Source: a bacterium (GTDB lineage Bacteria; Zhuqueibacterota; Zhuqueibacteria; Residuimicrobiales; Krinioviventaceae). Taken from it: 64,000 nucleotides of DNA. Made by a program: the position numbers and the translations under genes. Of the stretch, positions 50,401 to 59,493 are shown piece after piece (positions within the stretch are counted from its first letter, which is position 1; every line of letters starts with the position of its first letter). The stretch spans positions 5,376,001 to 5,440,000 of the forward strand of contig OY843751.1 of the NCBI GenBank assembly GCA_963693055.1. The letters run 5' to 3'. The notes beneath the pieces were generated by a model. That model searched no databases and was not told where the DNA came from. It saw nothing but the letters and a program-made list of their open reading frames with translations.

Positions 50401-50593
50401 CAATACCTTCTTCTACCTCAATTGCAGATGCACCTGGATAAGGTACGTATATATCTATTTCTTCTATTTCAAACCGGGGATCGATACGTCGCTGAATATT
50501 GAACAAGGCAAAAATACCCGCAAAGCAGATCAGCAGCATAATCCAATTTGTGATTACAGAATGTTTGATAAAATAATGTATCAACGCTTTCAT
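47459..50593 (-). CDS. RND efflux permease (AcrB/AcrD/AcrF family)
   Basis: YPGASAIEVEEG, GILVDDGIV, ALAGIIINDS, RFRPIILTT; 1044 aa. Confidence 0.95.
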   Translation of the reverse strand: MKALIHYFIKHSVITNWIMLLICFAGIFALFNIQRRIDPRFEIEEIDIYVPYPGASAIEVEEGIVIKIEERLRGMEGILEIRSSSTDGGASINIEMAPDYDMNKALQKVKNAVNSINSYPTGAEKPVISQAEQWTRGIMFSIYGPDDLFTLKKIVTEFRDDLLRTDEVSNVQIWGLPGREIVIHVSPFDLERYKLTIDDISGAIQNANINISSGSVVTEREQILIRSYNKSYYVEGLEDIEIVSTVDGQKVLLSDIAQIVEQWPENVFYSENNGKKAVAFNVMYNNSQDVVEIVETAEQLAKEYQIKYDGLVYFDTFIRETDQLEERIDLMTQNGLLGLVLVLVMLGIFMNLRMSFWVALGIPIALLGMFFTIWVLGISINQYSLFGMIMVVGILVDDGIVISESIYTQWEVLGKRPIQAAIDGTLDVIKPVMISILTTIVAFVPYYFFYGYMGKYVWQMATVVIVSLLFSIIEAVIILPAHLSHSRALHHHASVASFKPVQKSLDRASKSLQNFYSKVLKLSLTNRWAISALVVTTILIMIGLYQGGYIRSQFFPELEPPYANLEVVLPAGTSARVADRLRDDLVKKVQTFAKEWQKKTNSNIYPIRNYNSWMGREGITLFFVLPGADERDYTIGEFSDALSEYIGDVPEAENIITGGYSFGGSPVNVRFTSPHMDQLHKAKDLLKDALRNIDGVRDIRDDTPLGSNEFVVELKPEGKALGFTLLDLTRQLRQGFYGEEVMRLQRGRDEVKIWIRFDKAHRMAISQIENLKVRTPGGEFVPFKKVADYHIERGINRIRHENGERSVTVFADLDYDKNDLGVVLQELNSKVIPDILTQVEGVNRSYGGQAEEVGKMVNSVKYSFAIAFVVMFTILMFLLKSYMQTILVMTLIPLGLVGATIGHLILGLPLSIVSFLGAIALAGIIINDSVVLLDKYNKLLKSGVDVEKALLEAGNTRFRPIILTTITTAAGLAPMILLKSEQGQFLVPMAVSVAFGLLFGTFVTLVMLPSALYVISDLRKLSRPRKSRLDLEPAYKIEYVNMDE

Positions 50594-50600
50594 AAATTTG

Positions 50601-51749
50601 CTACCTGTTAATTGTACTGTTACGGAGACGCATGCCTAAAACAGGTTTCTGCAGCAGTGTTGTAACCAGCTTAAAACTGTCGGGCAGGGTATCGCTAATA
50701 ATTGCTACATCCTCCTGCTGAAACAAAATATCAACCTTGTATTGCGCTAAAACACTATCCTTCATCACATAAACAGTACTATCACGATTTATTAAATCTC
50801 TTGGAACAGACGCAGCATGACGAAATGTGCGTCCGGTAAATTCAACATTGACATAATTTCCAGGCAAAAAGGGAACGAGTAACTCTTTGTTCTGAAATGA
50901 AACGTAAACACTCAGGGTCTGTGCTTTCTCATTTAAATGGCTTGCTTTACGGGTGATCCTGCCGGGAATCCATAACTGCGGATTTTCCTGCGTAAATATC
51001 TTTACTCGGGAATTTTTCAGATCCAGCATCTCTACCTCCTGTACCAAAAGTGGTACAGAGACTTCCAGATTTACCGCATCCTGTAAACCAAACAAATATT
51101 GTCCCTGAGAAACAACACTATTTTCCATAACTCCATTAGAAATAATAAAGGCGTCAAAGGATGATCTGATCTTACATTTTGAAAGCAAAATTTCCTGGTT
51201 CTTGACCGCATAATATGTATTAAAAATATAGTTACTGCTAACCTTAAGCTTCTCCCGGGCATCCGTAATTTCAGGAAGATTGGGTGTAGTCTGATGAACA
51301 TTCAAAGTTTGAAAATAATTGTACCATTTTGCATAGATGTCTTTATCTTCAAGTTTTAAATCCGGAAGGATAGATGCTACAGCGCTTATAAACGCTGCAC
51401 GCATTACATAAAGTTCATTCTCCTGCTGCCGGGTGTCAACACTCAAGAGCAATTGGCCTTTTTTAACATGGGTACCGTTTTTAAGATTATTTTCAGCAAA
51501 TAGAACCTGCCCATTAACCTCTGAAAGTACGTTTAGCTCCCGGGCTGACTTTATTAAACCGTTGCCGTTTATTTTTATTGTATGGTTCTGGTATATAAGC
51601 TCGGTAGTTTCAACAAGACGTACAGTGGGTTTTGCGGATCTTTTTTGGCTGTGCATTTCATTGGAACCCAATATACCCATTGATACAATTCCCACAACCA
51701 GAATAATGACAACCGTTCCAATTCTGTATAAATATTTTTTACGCATCAT
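50601..51749 (-). CDS. RND periplasmic adaptor (membrane fusion protein)
   Basis: N-terminal TM, SEVNGQV, VKKGQLL, FLPGNYV.VEF; upstream of the RND permease. Confidence 0.88.
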   Translation of the reverse strand: MMRKKYLYRIGTVVIILVVGIVSMGILGSNEMHSQKRSAKPTVRLVETTELIYQNHTIKINGNGLIKSARELNVLSEVNGQVLFAENNLKNGTHVKKGQLLLSVDTRQQENELYVMRAAFISAVASILPDLKLEDKDIYAKWYNYFQTLNVHQTTPNLPEITDAREKLKVSSNYIFNTYYAVKNQEILLSKCKIRSSFDAFIISNGVMENSVVSQGQYLFGLQDAVNLEVSVPLLVQEVEMLDLKNSRVKIFTQENPQLWIPGRITRKASHLNEKAQTLSVYVSFQNKELLVPFLPGNYVNVEFTGRTFRHAASVPRDLINRDSTVYVMKDSVLAQYKVDILFQQEDVAIISDTLPDSFKLVTTLLQKPVLGMRLRNSTINR

Positions 51750-51906
51750 AACATATCCTGAAAATTTGATTATAGGTACAAATCAATCCATATATACAAG
51801 ATAATTAAATATACGTAAAAATCGTCCGTTGTTACCGGTTTAGACGTCCAATCCGCAAAATTAGGACATATCGAAATGTATTAAGGGAGTTAATTGCAGG
51901 ATAAAT

Positions 51907-51940
51907 AAAAAAAAGGCCCTTCCTGATGAAGGAAGGGCTT
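51907..51940 (-). terminator. Intrinsic terminator after glnN
   Basis: AGGCCCTTCCT-gatga-AGGAAGGGCTT with a preceding A-run. Confidence 0.85.
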
Positions 51941-51946
51941 GAGAAA

Positions 51947-54142
51947 TTACATAATAAATAACATTTCAGAATATTTAGGCAGTGGCCATACATTATCCGG
52001 AACGACTTTTTCCAGAGCATCAATGGGCACACGTACATCATTCAATAAATCAACAATATTATCAGCAACAAACTTTGCCTTCTTTTCCAGATCTTCAATT
52101 TCTTCTGCTTTTTCAAGAGCAGATTTTATGTCCTGGCATCCGGTTTCAATTTTATCAATATCACTGATAATTGTTTTCAACAACTCAACTTCAGTTTTTG
52201 CCGAACCCTTTGGCAGCAAGGTGTCCAGTTCTTTAATACCTTTAACAGCATCAATCAACTGCGCTTTATAACTCAATGCAGCCGGAAGGATCATTGTATA
52301 AGCAATGTTTAAAAAGGTTTCTGATTCAATTTCCAAAGCGGTAACATATTGTTCAAGTTTTGTGTTGTAACGTCCTTCAATTTCTCGTTTAGAGTAAATC
52401 TTTTGACGTTCCAACAATTCCATATTTTCTTTCTTAACAAAAGCATCCAAAGCATAAGCGGTACGTTTAATATTTGGTAAACCGCGTTTTTCTGCTTCTT
52501 TGGCCCATTCTTCACTATAGTTGTTACCTTCAAAACGAATGGGTTCAGTTTCAATAACATATTTCTGAAGGACCTTTAATACAGCATCTTTTAACTCGGA
52601 ACCATCAGAAACAAGTTTAGAAATTTCATCATAAATCAAATCAATTGAATCTGCAACAGCGGCACTAAGAACTGTGTTTGCCAATGAAACAGAAGCACTT
52701 GAACCAATAGCGCGGAATTCAAATTTCTGTCCGGTAAACGCAAATGGTGAAGTACGGTTACGGTCTGTATTGTCACGAATAACAGAAGGTAATTTTGAAA
52801 GGCCAAGATCGATGATGTAATCATCTGCTGCTTTGGCACTCTTGCCTTCTTTAATAGCATCCAAAATTTCACTCAAGCGTTCACCCAGGAATACAGAGAT
52901 AATTGCGGGTGGAGCTTCATTAGCACCCAAACGATGATCGTTTCCGGCAGAAGCAATAGTCATTCTTAACAGATCGCCGTGGGTATAAACAGCGCGTAAA
53001 GTTGATACCAGGAATACCAGGAACTGCAGGTTCTGTTCAGGAGTATCACCAGGATCAAGCAGGTTGTTACCATTAGAATCGGCCATTGACCAGTTGTTAT
53101 GCTTTCCACTTCCATTGATACCGGCAAATGGTTTTTCATGCAGCAACATTGCCAAGCCATGACGATTAGCAACTTTTTTCAATACTTCCATAATCATCTG
53201 GTTTCGGTCAGAACCCACATTTGCTTCAGCAAAAATTGGTGCAAGTTCGTATTGATGAGGCGCAACTTCGTTATGACGAGTTTTTGCAGGTACGCCCAGT
53301 TTATAGAGCTGAGTTTCAGCATCTTGCATAAAAGCGAGAACGCGTTCTTTGATAGAGCCAAAATAATGATCATCCAACTGTTGGCCTTTAGGTGGTTGTG
53401 CACCAACCAGGGTACGTCCGGTCAACTGCAGGTCGGGTCTCAGGTTATAAAAAGATTTATCAATTAAAAAATATTCCTGTTCAGTACCAATTGTGGTTAC
53501 TACACGCGTTGCATCACTGCCAAACAATTTCAAAACTTTTAAGGCTGAATTTGAAATTGATTCCATTGAACGAAGCAGCGGGGTCTTTTTATCAAGAGCT
53601 TCACCGGTATAACTGATAAATACTGATGGAATACAGAGAATGCCTCCTCTGGGCCCTTCAGCGATAAATGCCGGACTGGATGGATCCCACATGGTATAAC
53701 CACGGGCTTCAAAAGTAGTTCTTGAACCACCACTGGGGAATGAAGACGCATCGGGTTCACCCTGTACCAACTGATTACCGCGAAAACGCTCTACAACTTT
53801 ATCATCATCCAGTTCCAAAAAGGCATCATGCTTTTCAGCGGTCAAACCGGTTTGCGGCTGGAACCAGTGTGTAAAATGGCTTACACCTTTTTCAATTGCC
53901 CATTCCTTCATGGCATGAGCAACAGTGTTTGCGATACTCAGATCAAGCTTTTCACCTGTTTTAATAGTATTGCGCAATTTTTTGTATACATCTTTGGGTA
54001 AACGTTCGCGCATTACCTCTTCATTAAAAGTGTTTTCGTTAAACACTTTAGCATTATCTTTTTCTCTGGGTTCGTAAGCTACTGATTTCCTTGAAGCAAT
54101 TTCCAACAAAGCTTGATATCTTGATGTTGCACTGTCAGACAT
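51947..54142 (-). CDS. glnN: Glutamine synthetase type III
   Basis: 731 aa; THWFQP, AEKHDAF, GEPDASSFPSGG, TFEARGYT, HNEVAP, HEKPFAGINGSGKH, HRLGANEAPP, DRNRTSPFAFTG. Confidence 0.97.
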   Translation of the reverse strand: MSDSATSRYQALLEIASRKSVAYEPREKDNAKVFNENTFNEEVMRERLPKDVYKKLRNTIKTGEKLDLSIANTVAHAMKEWAIEKGVSHFTHWFQPQTGLTAEKHDAFLELDDDKVVERFRGNQLVQGEPDASSFPSGGSRTTFEARGYTMWDPSSPAFIAEGPRGGILCIPSVFISYTGEALDKKTPLLRSMESISNSALKVLKLFGSDATRVVTTIGTEQEYFLIDKSFYNLRPDLQLTGRTLVGAQPPKGQQLDDHYFGSIKERVLAFMQDAETQLYKLGVPAKTRHNEVAPHQYELAPIFAEANVGSDRNQMIMEVLKKVANRHGLAMLLHEKPFAGINGSGKHNNWSMADSNGNNLLDPGDTPEQNLQFLVFLVSTLRAVYTHGDLLRMTIASAGNDHRLGANEAPPAIISVFLGERLSEILDAIKEGKSAKAADDYIIDLGLSKLPSVIRDNTDRNRTSPFAFTGQKFEFRAIGSSASVSLANTVLSAAVADSIDLIYDEISKLVSDGSELKDAVLKVLQKYVIETEPIRFEGNNYSEEWAKEAEKRGLPNIKRTAYALDAFVKKENMELLERQKIYSKREIEGRYNTKLEQYVTALEIESETFLNIAYTMILPAALSYKAQLIDAVKGIKELDTLLPKGSAKTEVELLKTIISDIDKIETGCQDIKSALEKAEEIEDLEKKAKFVADNIVDLLNDVRVPIDALEKVVPDNVWPLPKYSEMLFIM

Positions 54143-54477
54143 AATAACTCCTATTAGTAAAATGACGGGGATTTAATTAATTATCTATATTACAATATTT
54201 TTTCAGACATGCTGCATTTTTTATCTTTCTAAAATACAACATCAAGGGGCCCATTTTCGAGACCCCTTGATTAGGAGAATAAGGAATAGTTGAAGAAAAG
54301 TAAAACATGCATTATGTATTTAAAATATATTGTCAAACCAAAGAACATATGACGGGGTTTTTTGAAAAAGAGTGCCTGTCCTGTATTGACCAAGTGTGAC
54401 CCCGTCAAGTCCACATTTAAGTAATATCCAATATTCAGGGCAGGCACAAAACTTGTCAAGTGCCAGGATTCATGTTC

Positions 54478-55176
54478 TTAAAAACCGTAAGAGAATCCCA
54501 TCCACAGAATATTTTCCATATCATCATCCAGGCCAAAAGAATAGGTCCAGCTTACTGATATATCATCGGATACGGATTTTCCGGCAGTAATTGCCAATGT
54601 GCTTACAGCATCTTCTTTGGGAGTAGCCAGCCATTTGCTTGAATAGGTACCGTAACCAAATACAGCACTCAAGTCAGCACCCATCAGGGAGGTTTCACCT
54701 GAAACTTGTACCCAGTAATCGGATTCATTCAGATTATTGTCAGTACTACTCTGGCTGGGTACAAAGTAAGCAGATACGCCAATGGGACCATAACCTACAC
54801 TTCCATAGACTTCATACTCATAATCAGCATCGTCGTTAAAAGTGTCAAAGAAATCATAGGTATATACTGCTACACCTATGGCTGTTGATACAGAACCGGT
54901 TGGTAATGCAACTTCAATAAAAGGATCAGATTCAACTTCAATGTCATCACCAAAATCGACACTTGAGCACCATAATCCAAAAGAAACTGCGCCATAACCA
55001 AAACCGGCGGTACCTTGCATTGCCGGACCATTGTATTGTTTTACACCACGCCATACATACGTGCTAACCATAGTTGCGTCACCTGAAAACTCTACCGCTG
55101 CGGATACCAGGCTTACTGACATGAGTAATAAAAGTACAATACCAATGATCGATGTTTTTGTAACGTTCTGTTTCAT
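54478..55176 (-). CDS. TorF/Gcw_chp-family outer-membrane beta-barrel protein (putative porin)
   Basis: Signal peptide; STYVWRG, PAMQG, GLWCS, terminal FSYGF; family commonly linked to glnK-amtB. Confidence 0.8.
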   Translation of the reverse strand: MKQNVTKTSIIGIVLLLLMSVSLVSAAVEFSGDATMVSTYVWRGVKQYNGPAMQGTAGFGYGAVSFGLWCSSVDFGDDIEVESDPFIEVALPTGSVSTAIGVAVYTYDFFDTFNDDADYEYEVYGSVGYGPIGVSAYFVPSQSSTDNNLNESDYWVQVSGETSLMGADLSAVFGYGTYSSKWLATPKEDAVSTLAITAGKSVSDDISVSWTYSFGLDDDMENILWMGFSYGF

Positions 55177-55246
55177 GACTCCTCCTTTTCAAGGCTATTC
55201 GTTGTGTTTAATTCAACTATTTTCGCCGGCCTTTACCCCTCCTTTG

Positions 55247-55261
55247 GCAAAGGCTGTGCCA
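55247..55261 (-). promoter_or_regulatory. Sigma54 (-24/-12) promoter of the porin gene
   Basis: Minus strand TGGCAC-AGCCT-TTGC. Confidence 0.85.
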
Positions 55262-55357
55262 TAAAAATGGATTACATGCTCATCTCAAAAAAAACAAATC
55301 TTTTTGCAAATAATTATTTATATTACACTTATAGCAAGGCCGGCTAAATAAAATTTT

Positions 55358-55430
55358 CTACCAATTTTCCCAACACAGACAGTTTTCTAACAATATTGTA
55401 TGATTCCAATAAAAAACAACAAAAATGAAC
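55358..55430. promoter_or_regulatory. Phased palindromic activator sites (CTACAWWWWTGTAG-like)
   Basis: Half site CTAC at 55358, TAACAATATTGTAT at 55388, CAACAAAAATGAAC at 55417. Confidence 0.6.
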
Positions 55431-55575
55431 GAATTGGGGATTTTCTCGGATGCAGAAATATTCAAGATTCGTGTGGATTTTCTGGCATTTATCTATATAA
55501 AACTAAAATAAACGTACATTATTCCCACTTTTGCTCTGAAATACATGCAGAAATAATGCATTAAAAGCGCAAACT

Positions 55576-55650
55576 CTACAAATTTCATTTCAAAACTTCA
55601 GACACCTACAAAAACGTAGCTCCCCCCTATGTTGCCCTACAAAAATGTTC
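55576..55650. promoter_or_regulatory. Second phased array of the same palindrome
   Basis: CTACAAATTTCATT 55576, CTACAAAAACGTAG 55606, CTACAAAAATGTTC 55637. Confidence 0.65.
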
Positions 55651-58073
55651 TAAAACTGCATACGCAGACCAATTGTAGGAATAAACCGCATGGAAACAAC
55701 ATCCCGGTCGATGTGCGGATTCGTCCACTCACCATCTACATGTTCATGGTCCGTAAACGGTTTTCCATAATACAACACATTTTTCCTACCGTAAGCGTTA
55801 TAGAGCGAAATGTAAGGCGCAAAGGAGCGGTTTTTCACTGTCAGCACTTTGGCAAAACTTATATCCAGGCGATGGTACCAGGGATATCGGATACTACCCG
55901 GCGGCACATCCATCTCGTATGGGCGTTCCCAACCCTGGCTTACACCAGTCGGTCTTGTTAAACCGTGAACATCCCAAACCGGCCTGAGACCATAGATCAC
56001 ACCGGGATTATAAGGCTGGCCGCTGTGCATTTCCCAGAACAATGACAGCATATAACCGCGTTTAAAAGTTTTGCACAAACTCGCCTGTACCCGGTGCTGC
56101 TGTTCAGTATGAGAAGGATAAGTCACTCCCTTATATTCGCGCCTACTGCGGCCCCACGTGTAACTGGCCCAGCCCGACCATCCGCCGAGTTTGGCGCTGA
56201 CCATACTTTCCATGCCCCAAGCCCTGCCCTTTGCTTGCCCAAAGGTGAGGGTTTCTCCGTAAACGGATTTTAACAGCCCGCTCATCTGCTTGTTATACGC
56301 GGAAAGCGAAATATCCATCCCCTTGTACTTTGTGCTCAATTCGGCAACCACCTGGTCCGATATTTCCACCGAATTGCCGGCATCCACAGGAAAATACAAA
56401 TCAAGGAACTGCACCAGACCGTCTTCCAGCGTGGTCGAGATGCCCTGCGCGTAACGCCCGCCGGACAGGGTAAAACGTGTCTTTTCTGAAAACCGGTATG
56501 ACGCACTCAACCGCGGCTGCAATACAACACCGCCGTTTAAGCCCCACCGGTCCGCGCGCAGACCGGTCCGCAGTCTCAATACATCCGATGCCTGCCACTC
56601 GCTTTCCGCATAGGCAAACTGTTGAAAAAAGGACTTGTTCCAGTTGAACCTGCCTTCGGGCGCGTAATCGAAAAACAGGTTAAACCGCTCCTGTAATTCG
56701 TAATGATAGGCGGACCAGTGATATTTTGTGGCAAAGCGGGAAAGACCAATTCCTCCCCTCATTAACAAGCGGTCTGACATGTGCCAGTCCATATCCGACT
56801 TGACCGTTACATCATAAAACCGGTTGTCAACGTCGTTTTCAAGTTCTGCTCTTTTGCGCGCTACCAGCCGTAAAAACTCTTCCTTGCTTTCATTGAACTT
56901 GGGGTCCAGGTCGTCCGGCAATTTCGGGTAAATAGAATTGCTGAAACTGTTTTGATATACACTCACCCAGGCCTGCGTATTCAGGTGAATATCCCTGTTA
57001 AATTTACGTTCCCATGCCAGGGAAGCGATCCAGTTGCTCCAGGTCAGATCCATATCAGAGCCGTGAGACACTTTTTTCTCAGCATCGTCAATGGAGGATT
57101 TCAGTGTCTGGCCCACATCTCCGCGGTCTTTCATGCCGTCGGCATTGCCGAACAGCAAAAAGCGCACAACCTGGTCGTCCGTGGGAAAATATTCCAGCTT
57201 GAACATACCATCCATATACGCGGACGGCATACCCACATTGATCATTGAGCCTAACAATACCAGCGAGCCCAGCCGCCCTGAAGCCAGCCACGCCCATTTT
57301 TCCCCGAATGTTCCACCAGTGGTCAGGTCTCCGCCGGTCAGGTTGAGATTGGCGCGGGTCTTGAAATCCTTGCCCGGCGTTTTAGACTGCACGGACAATA
57401 CCGAGCTGGTGCGATTGCCATACGCGGAAGAAAATCCGCCCAGGGAAAAGAATACATTATCGATCATGTCCATATTGAAACTGGTGGCAAGCCCCATAAA
57501 GTGATAGGGATAATAGATGGGTGCGCCATCAAGAAGCACCAGGTTCTGGTCGGTATTGCCGCCGCGCACACTCAATTGCGGCGAGGCCTCGTTGGAAAAA
57601 GAGACCCCCGGCGTGCGCTGCAGCAGGCGAAACAGGTCAGGAAACACCATTGCCGGCTGATATTGCAGCTCTTCCGCATCAATGACCCGCGCGGAGGGGT
57701 CCATACGCACCAGGCGCCGCTCAACACCAAGGCGATCGCGGGTTATACCTACTTCAGGCATTTCAATAACCACCGGCTCTAAACGGATTTCGATATTACG
57801 CAAATCCGTTACTTGTGCCAAATCAACACATTCGCTTTTATACCCCATAAACGAGACGCAGAGTGTATCCACAACTTTGACAGTCAGACTAAACTTGCCT
57901 GTGCTGTTTGTGACTGTGCCACCCTGCGAATGCTGTAAAGATATATTTGCACCTGAAAGCACTTTTCCGGATTCGTGATCATAAACTTTTCCTGACACAA
58001 CAGCACTATATACATTACCGGAAAACCCAATAAAGGAAATAAGCAATATCAAACTGCCAAGCACTCTATTCAT
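55650..58073 (-). CDS. TonB-dependent receptor (carboxypeptidase-regulatory domain + plug + barrel)
   Basis: VSGKVYD, PGV, SVRGG..DQNLVLLDG, GGFSSAYGNRTSSVL, GLRAD, QPRLS, terminal RMQF; ATGA overlap at 58073. Confidence 0.9.
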   Translation of the reverse strand: MNRVLGSLILLISFIGFSGNVYSAVVSGKVYDHESGKVLSGANISLQHSQGGTVTNSTGKFSLTVKVVDTLCVSFMGYKSECVDLAQVTDLRNIEIRLEPVVIEMPEVGITRDRLGVERRLVRMDPSARVIDAEELQYQPAMVFPDLFRLLQRTPGVSFSNEASPQLSVRGGNTDQNLVLLDGAPIYYPYHFMGLATSFNMDMIDNVFFSLGGFSSAYGNRTSSVLSVQSKTPGKDFKTRANLNLTGGDLTTGGTFGEKWAWLASGRLGSLVLLGSMINVGMPSAYMDGMFKLEYFPTDDQVVRFLLFGNADGMKDRGDVGQTLKSSIDDAEKKVSHGSDMDLTWSNWIASLAWERKFNRDIHLNTQAWVSVYQNSFSNSIYPKLPDDLDPKFNESKEEFLRLVARKRAELENDVDNRFYDVTVKSDMDWHMSDRLLMRGGIGLSRFATKYHWSAYHYELQERFNLFFDYAPEGRFNWNKSFFQQFAYAESEWQASDVLRLRTGLRADRWGLNGGVVLQPRLSASYRFSEKTRFTLSGGRYAQGISTTLEDGLVQFLDLYFPVDAGNSVEISDQVVAELSTKYKGMDISLSAYNKQMSGLLKSVYGETLTFGQAKGRAWGMESMVSAKLGGWSGWASYTWGRSRREYKGVTYPSHTEQQHRVQASLCKTFKRGYMLSLFWEMHSGQPYNPGVIYGLRPVWDVHGLTRPTGVSQGWERPYEMDVPPGSIRYPWYHRLDISFAKVLTVKNRSFAPYISLYNAYGRKNVLYYGKPFTDHEHVDGEWTNPHIDRDVVSMRFIPTIGLRMQF

Positions 58074-58912
58074 TGCGGCAACCCCCAATCCGCGTCAATA
58101 GCTAAAAAAATTCGTACCGAATCCATAGCAACGGCATTAAATACACCCATGCCGCCCTGAAAGTGCATTTTTTCATATTTAACATCAAAATACCCGGTAT
58201 CACGATGCTCTTCTTCAGGCAAAAAATCTTGATACAGTTCATTTGGGCGGAATGTCTGAGGTCTGAAAACAAAGGAAGAATCTCTGGCCACTACAAACAA
58301 GATTGCGGATTCGACATGATGACCATACAGCGTCTCACCATATCTATAACCCAATGACGGCAAATAAACACTTTGCCTAAATGAATCTACCTTATAAGAC
58401 CAAAATTTATCTGATTCAATATATGTAAACATACAGGTATAATAATAACAATTTCGGCTTTCACTCCAGGCTATCCTGGTACTTTTTAAAGGATCATGGG
58501 CCCTCGACAGAAAATGGTCCAAAGTATCCCCATCAAAAATATGAATATTAAACGCCCCGGGCACACGGGTTTGGGCAGTCAAAACATTGCCGCTGCTGAA
58601 TTGCACCTCCAGTTCATAATTTGTGTCAGGCAGCACTTTTATCCGTTCATTTAAATCCCGGTACTTTCCATCACCTACAGATTCAAACACAACATCTTGA
58701 TCGTTATACCGAATCACTACCCGCGCATCGTCATAATACTCGGGATAATCTTCCGGGAACGTTTTGCCGACGATCACCTGCTGGTACGGATACGTTGGAG
58801 ACAAGGTGCAATACGCAAAATAATCCCCACGCCTCTCGGGATCGAGCACAACCGGATCGAGTGAGCAGGAAAATCCGGATAACAGCAATAAAAGAAACAG
58901 CCCCTTTTTCAA
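58070..58912 (-). CDS. DUF4249-like lipoprotein, partner of the TonB receptor
   Basis: TTG 58912 after AAAGGGG; lipobox GFSC; GKY, YELEV, AQTRVP, GGMGVF. Confidence 0.65.
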   Translation of the reverse strand: MKKGLFLLLLLSGFSCSLDPVVLDPERRGDYFAYCTLSPTYPYQQVIVGKTFPEDYPEYYDDARVVIRYNDQDVVFESVGDGKYRDLNERIKVLPDTNYELEVQFSSGNVLTAQTRVPGAFNIHIFDGDTLDHFLSRAHDPLKSTRIAWSESRNCYYYTCMFTYIESDKFWSYKVDSFRQSVYLPSLGYRYGETLYGHHVESAILFVVARDSSFVFRPQTFRPNELYQDFLPEEEHRDTGYFDVKYEKMHFQGGMGVFNAVAMDSVRIFLAIDADWGLPQ

Positions 58913-59258
58913 AAATACCCCTTTATTGAATTTAATTTTTTGGAATATTAACTCTAACGCTGGACAGGATGAACGGGTTCCCAAGAGAATGAATTTTTAC
59001 GCATCCAAGAAAACCACTTTTAGCTCAAATGCCATCCGAATATTCTATCAGATGGCGCACCAGACGGTACACGAAAAAACATTCATTCCAAAAGACCCAC
59101 TAGGGACGATAAACAGAGATAAACGTAAAAATTCTAATATTCGCACACCGTCAGGTGTGTAATATTGTTGTAACTTGATCCCCTATAAAAAACCGACATC
59201 TCTAGTTCACACAATTACTTTGAAAAAATCAACTGCTTTTAAAATTGCGAACAGATCA

Positions 59259-59407
59259 AATCAAGGTAATCCGCTAATCCATTTTATCAGGGTTAAATCA
59301 GGGCAATCCTTTAATCCTTCTAATCAAGGTAGTTCTTTTAATCAAGGTCTAATCAAGGTTATCCTTTAATCAAGGTCTAATCTTTTTAATCTGGGTTAAA
59401 TCAAGGT
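59259..59407. repeat. Degenerate AATC-based tandem tract with six exact AATCAAGGT copies
   Basis: AATCAAGGT at 59259, 59322, 59340, 59351, 59368, 59399, plus variants ATCAGGGT, AATCAGGGC, AATCTGGGT, AATCCTTT. Confidence 0.85.
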
Positions 59408-59415
59408 ATAAACAC

Positions 59416-59447
59416 AAAAACCCCCGCCCTGACCGGCGGGGGTTTTT
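59416..59447 (-). terminator. Intrinsic (bidirectional-type) terminator after amtB
   Basis: AAAAACCCCCGCC-ctgacc-GGCGGGGGTTTTT. Confidence 0.9.
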
Positions 59448-59493
59448 ATTTGGATCAGATAGAACGGAGGTTTTGCAATCTGCGAGTATATTT

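Noticed and set aside
54190-54203. TTACAATATTTTTT as an activator site before glnN
   Set aside because: Only a half match, no partner at ~30 bp, and no sigma54 promoter found on the coding strand
59259-59407. CRISPR array or coding minisatellite (ORF 59175-59369)
   Set aside because: Units are too short and irregular, with no spacers or cas genes; the ORF is low-complexity
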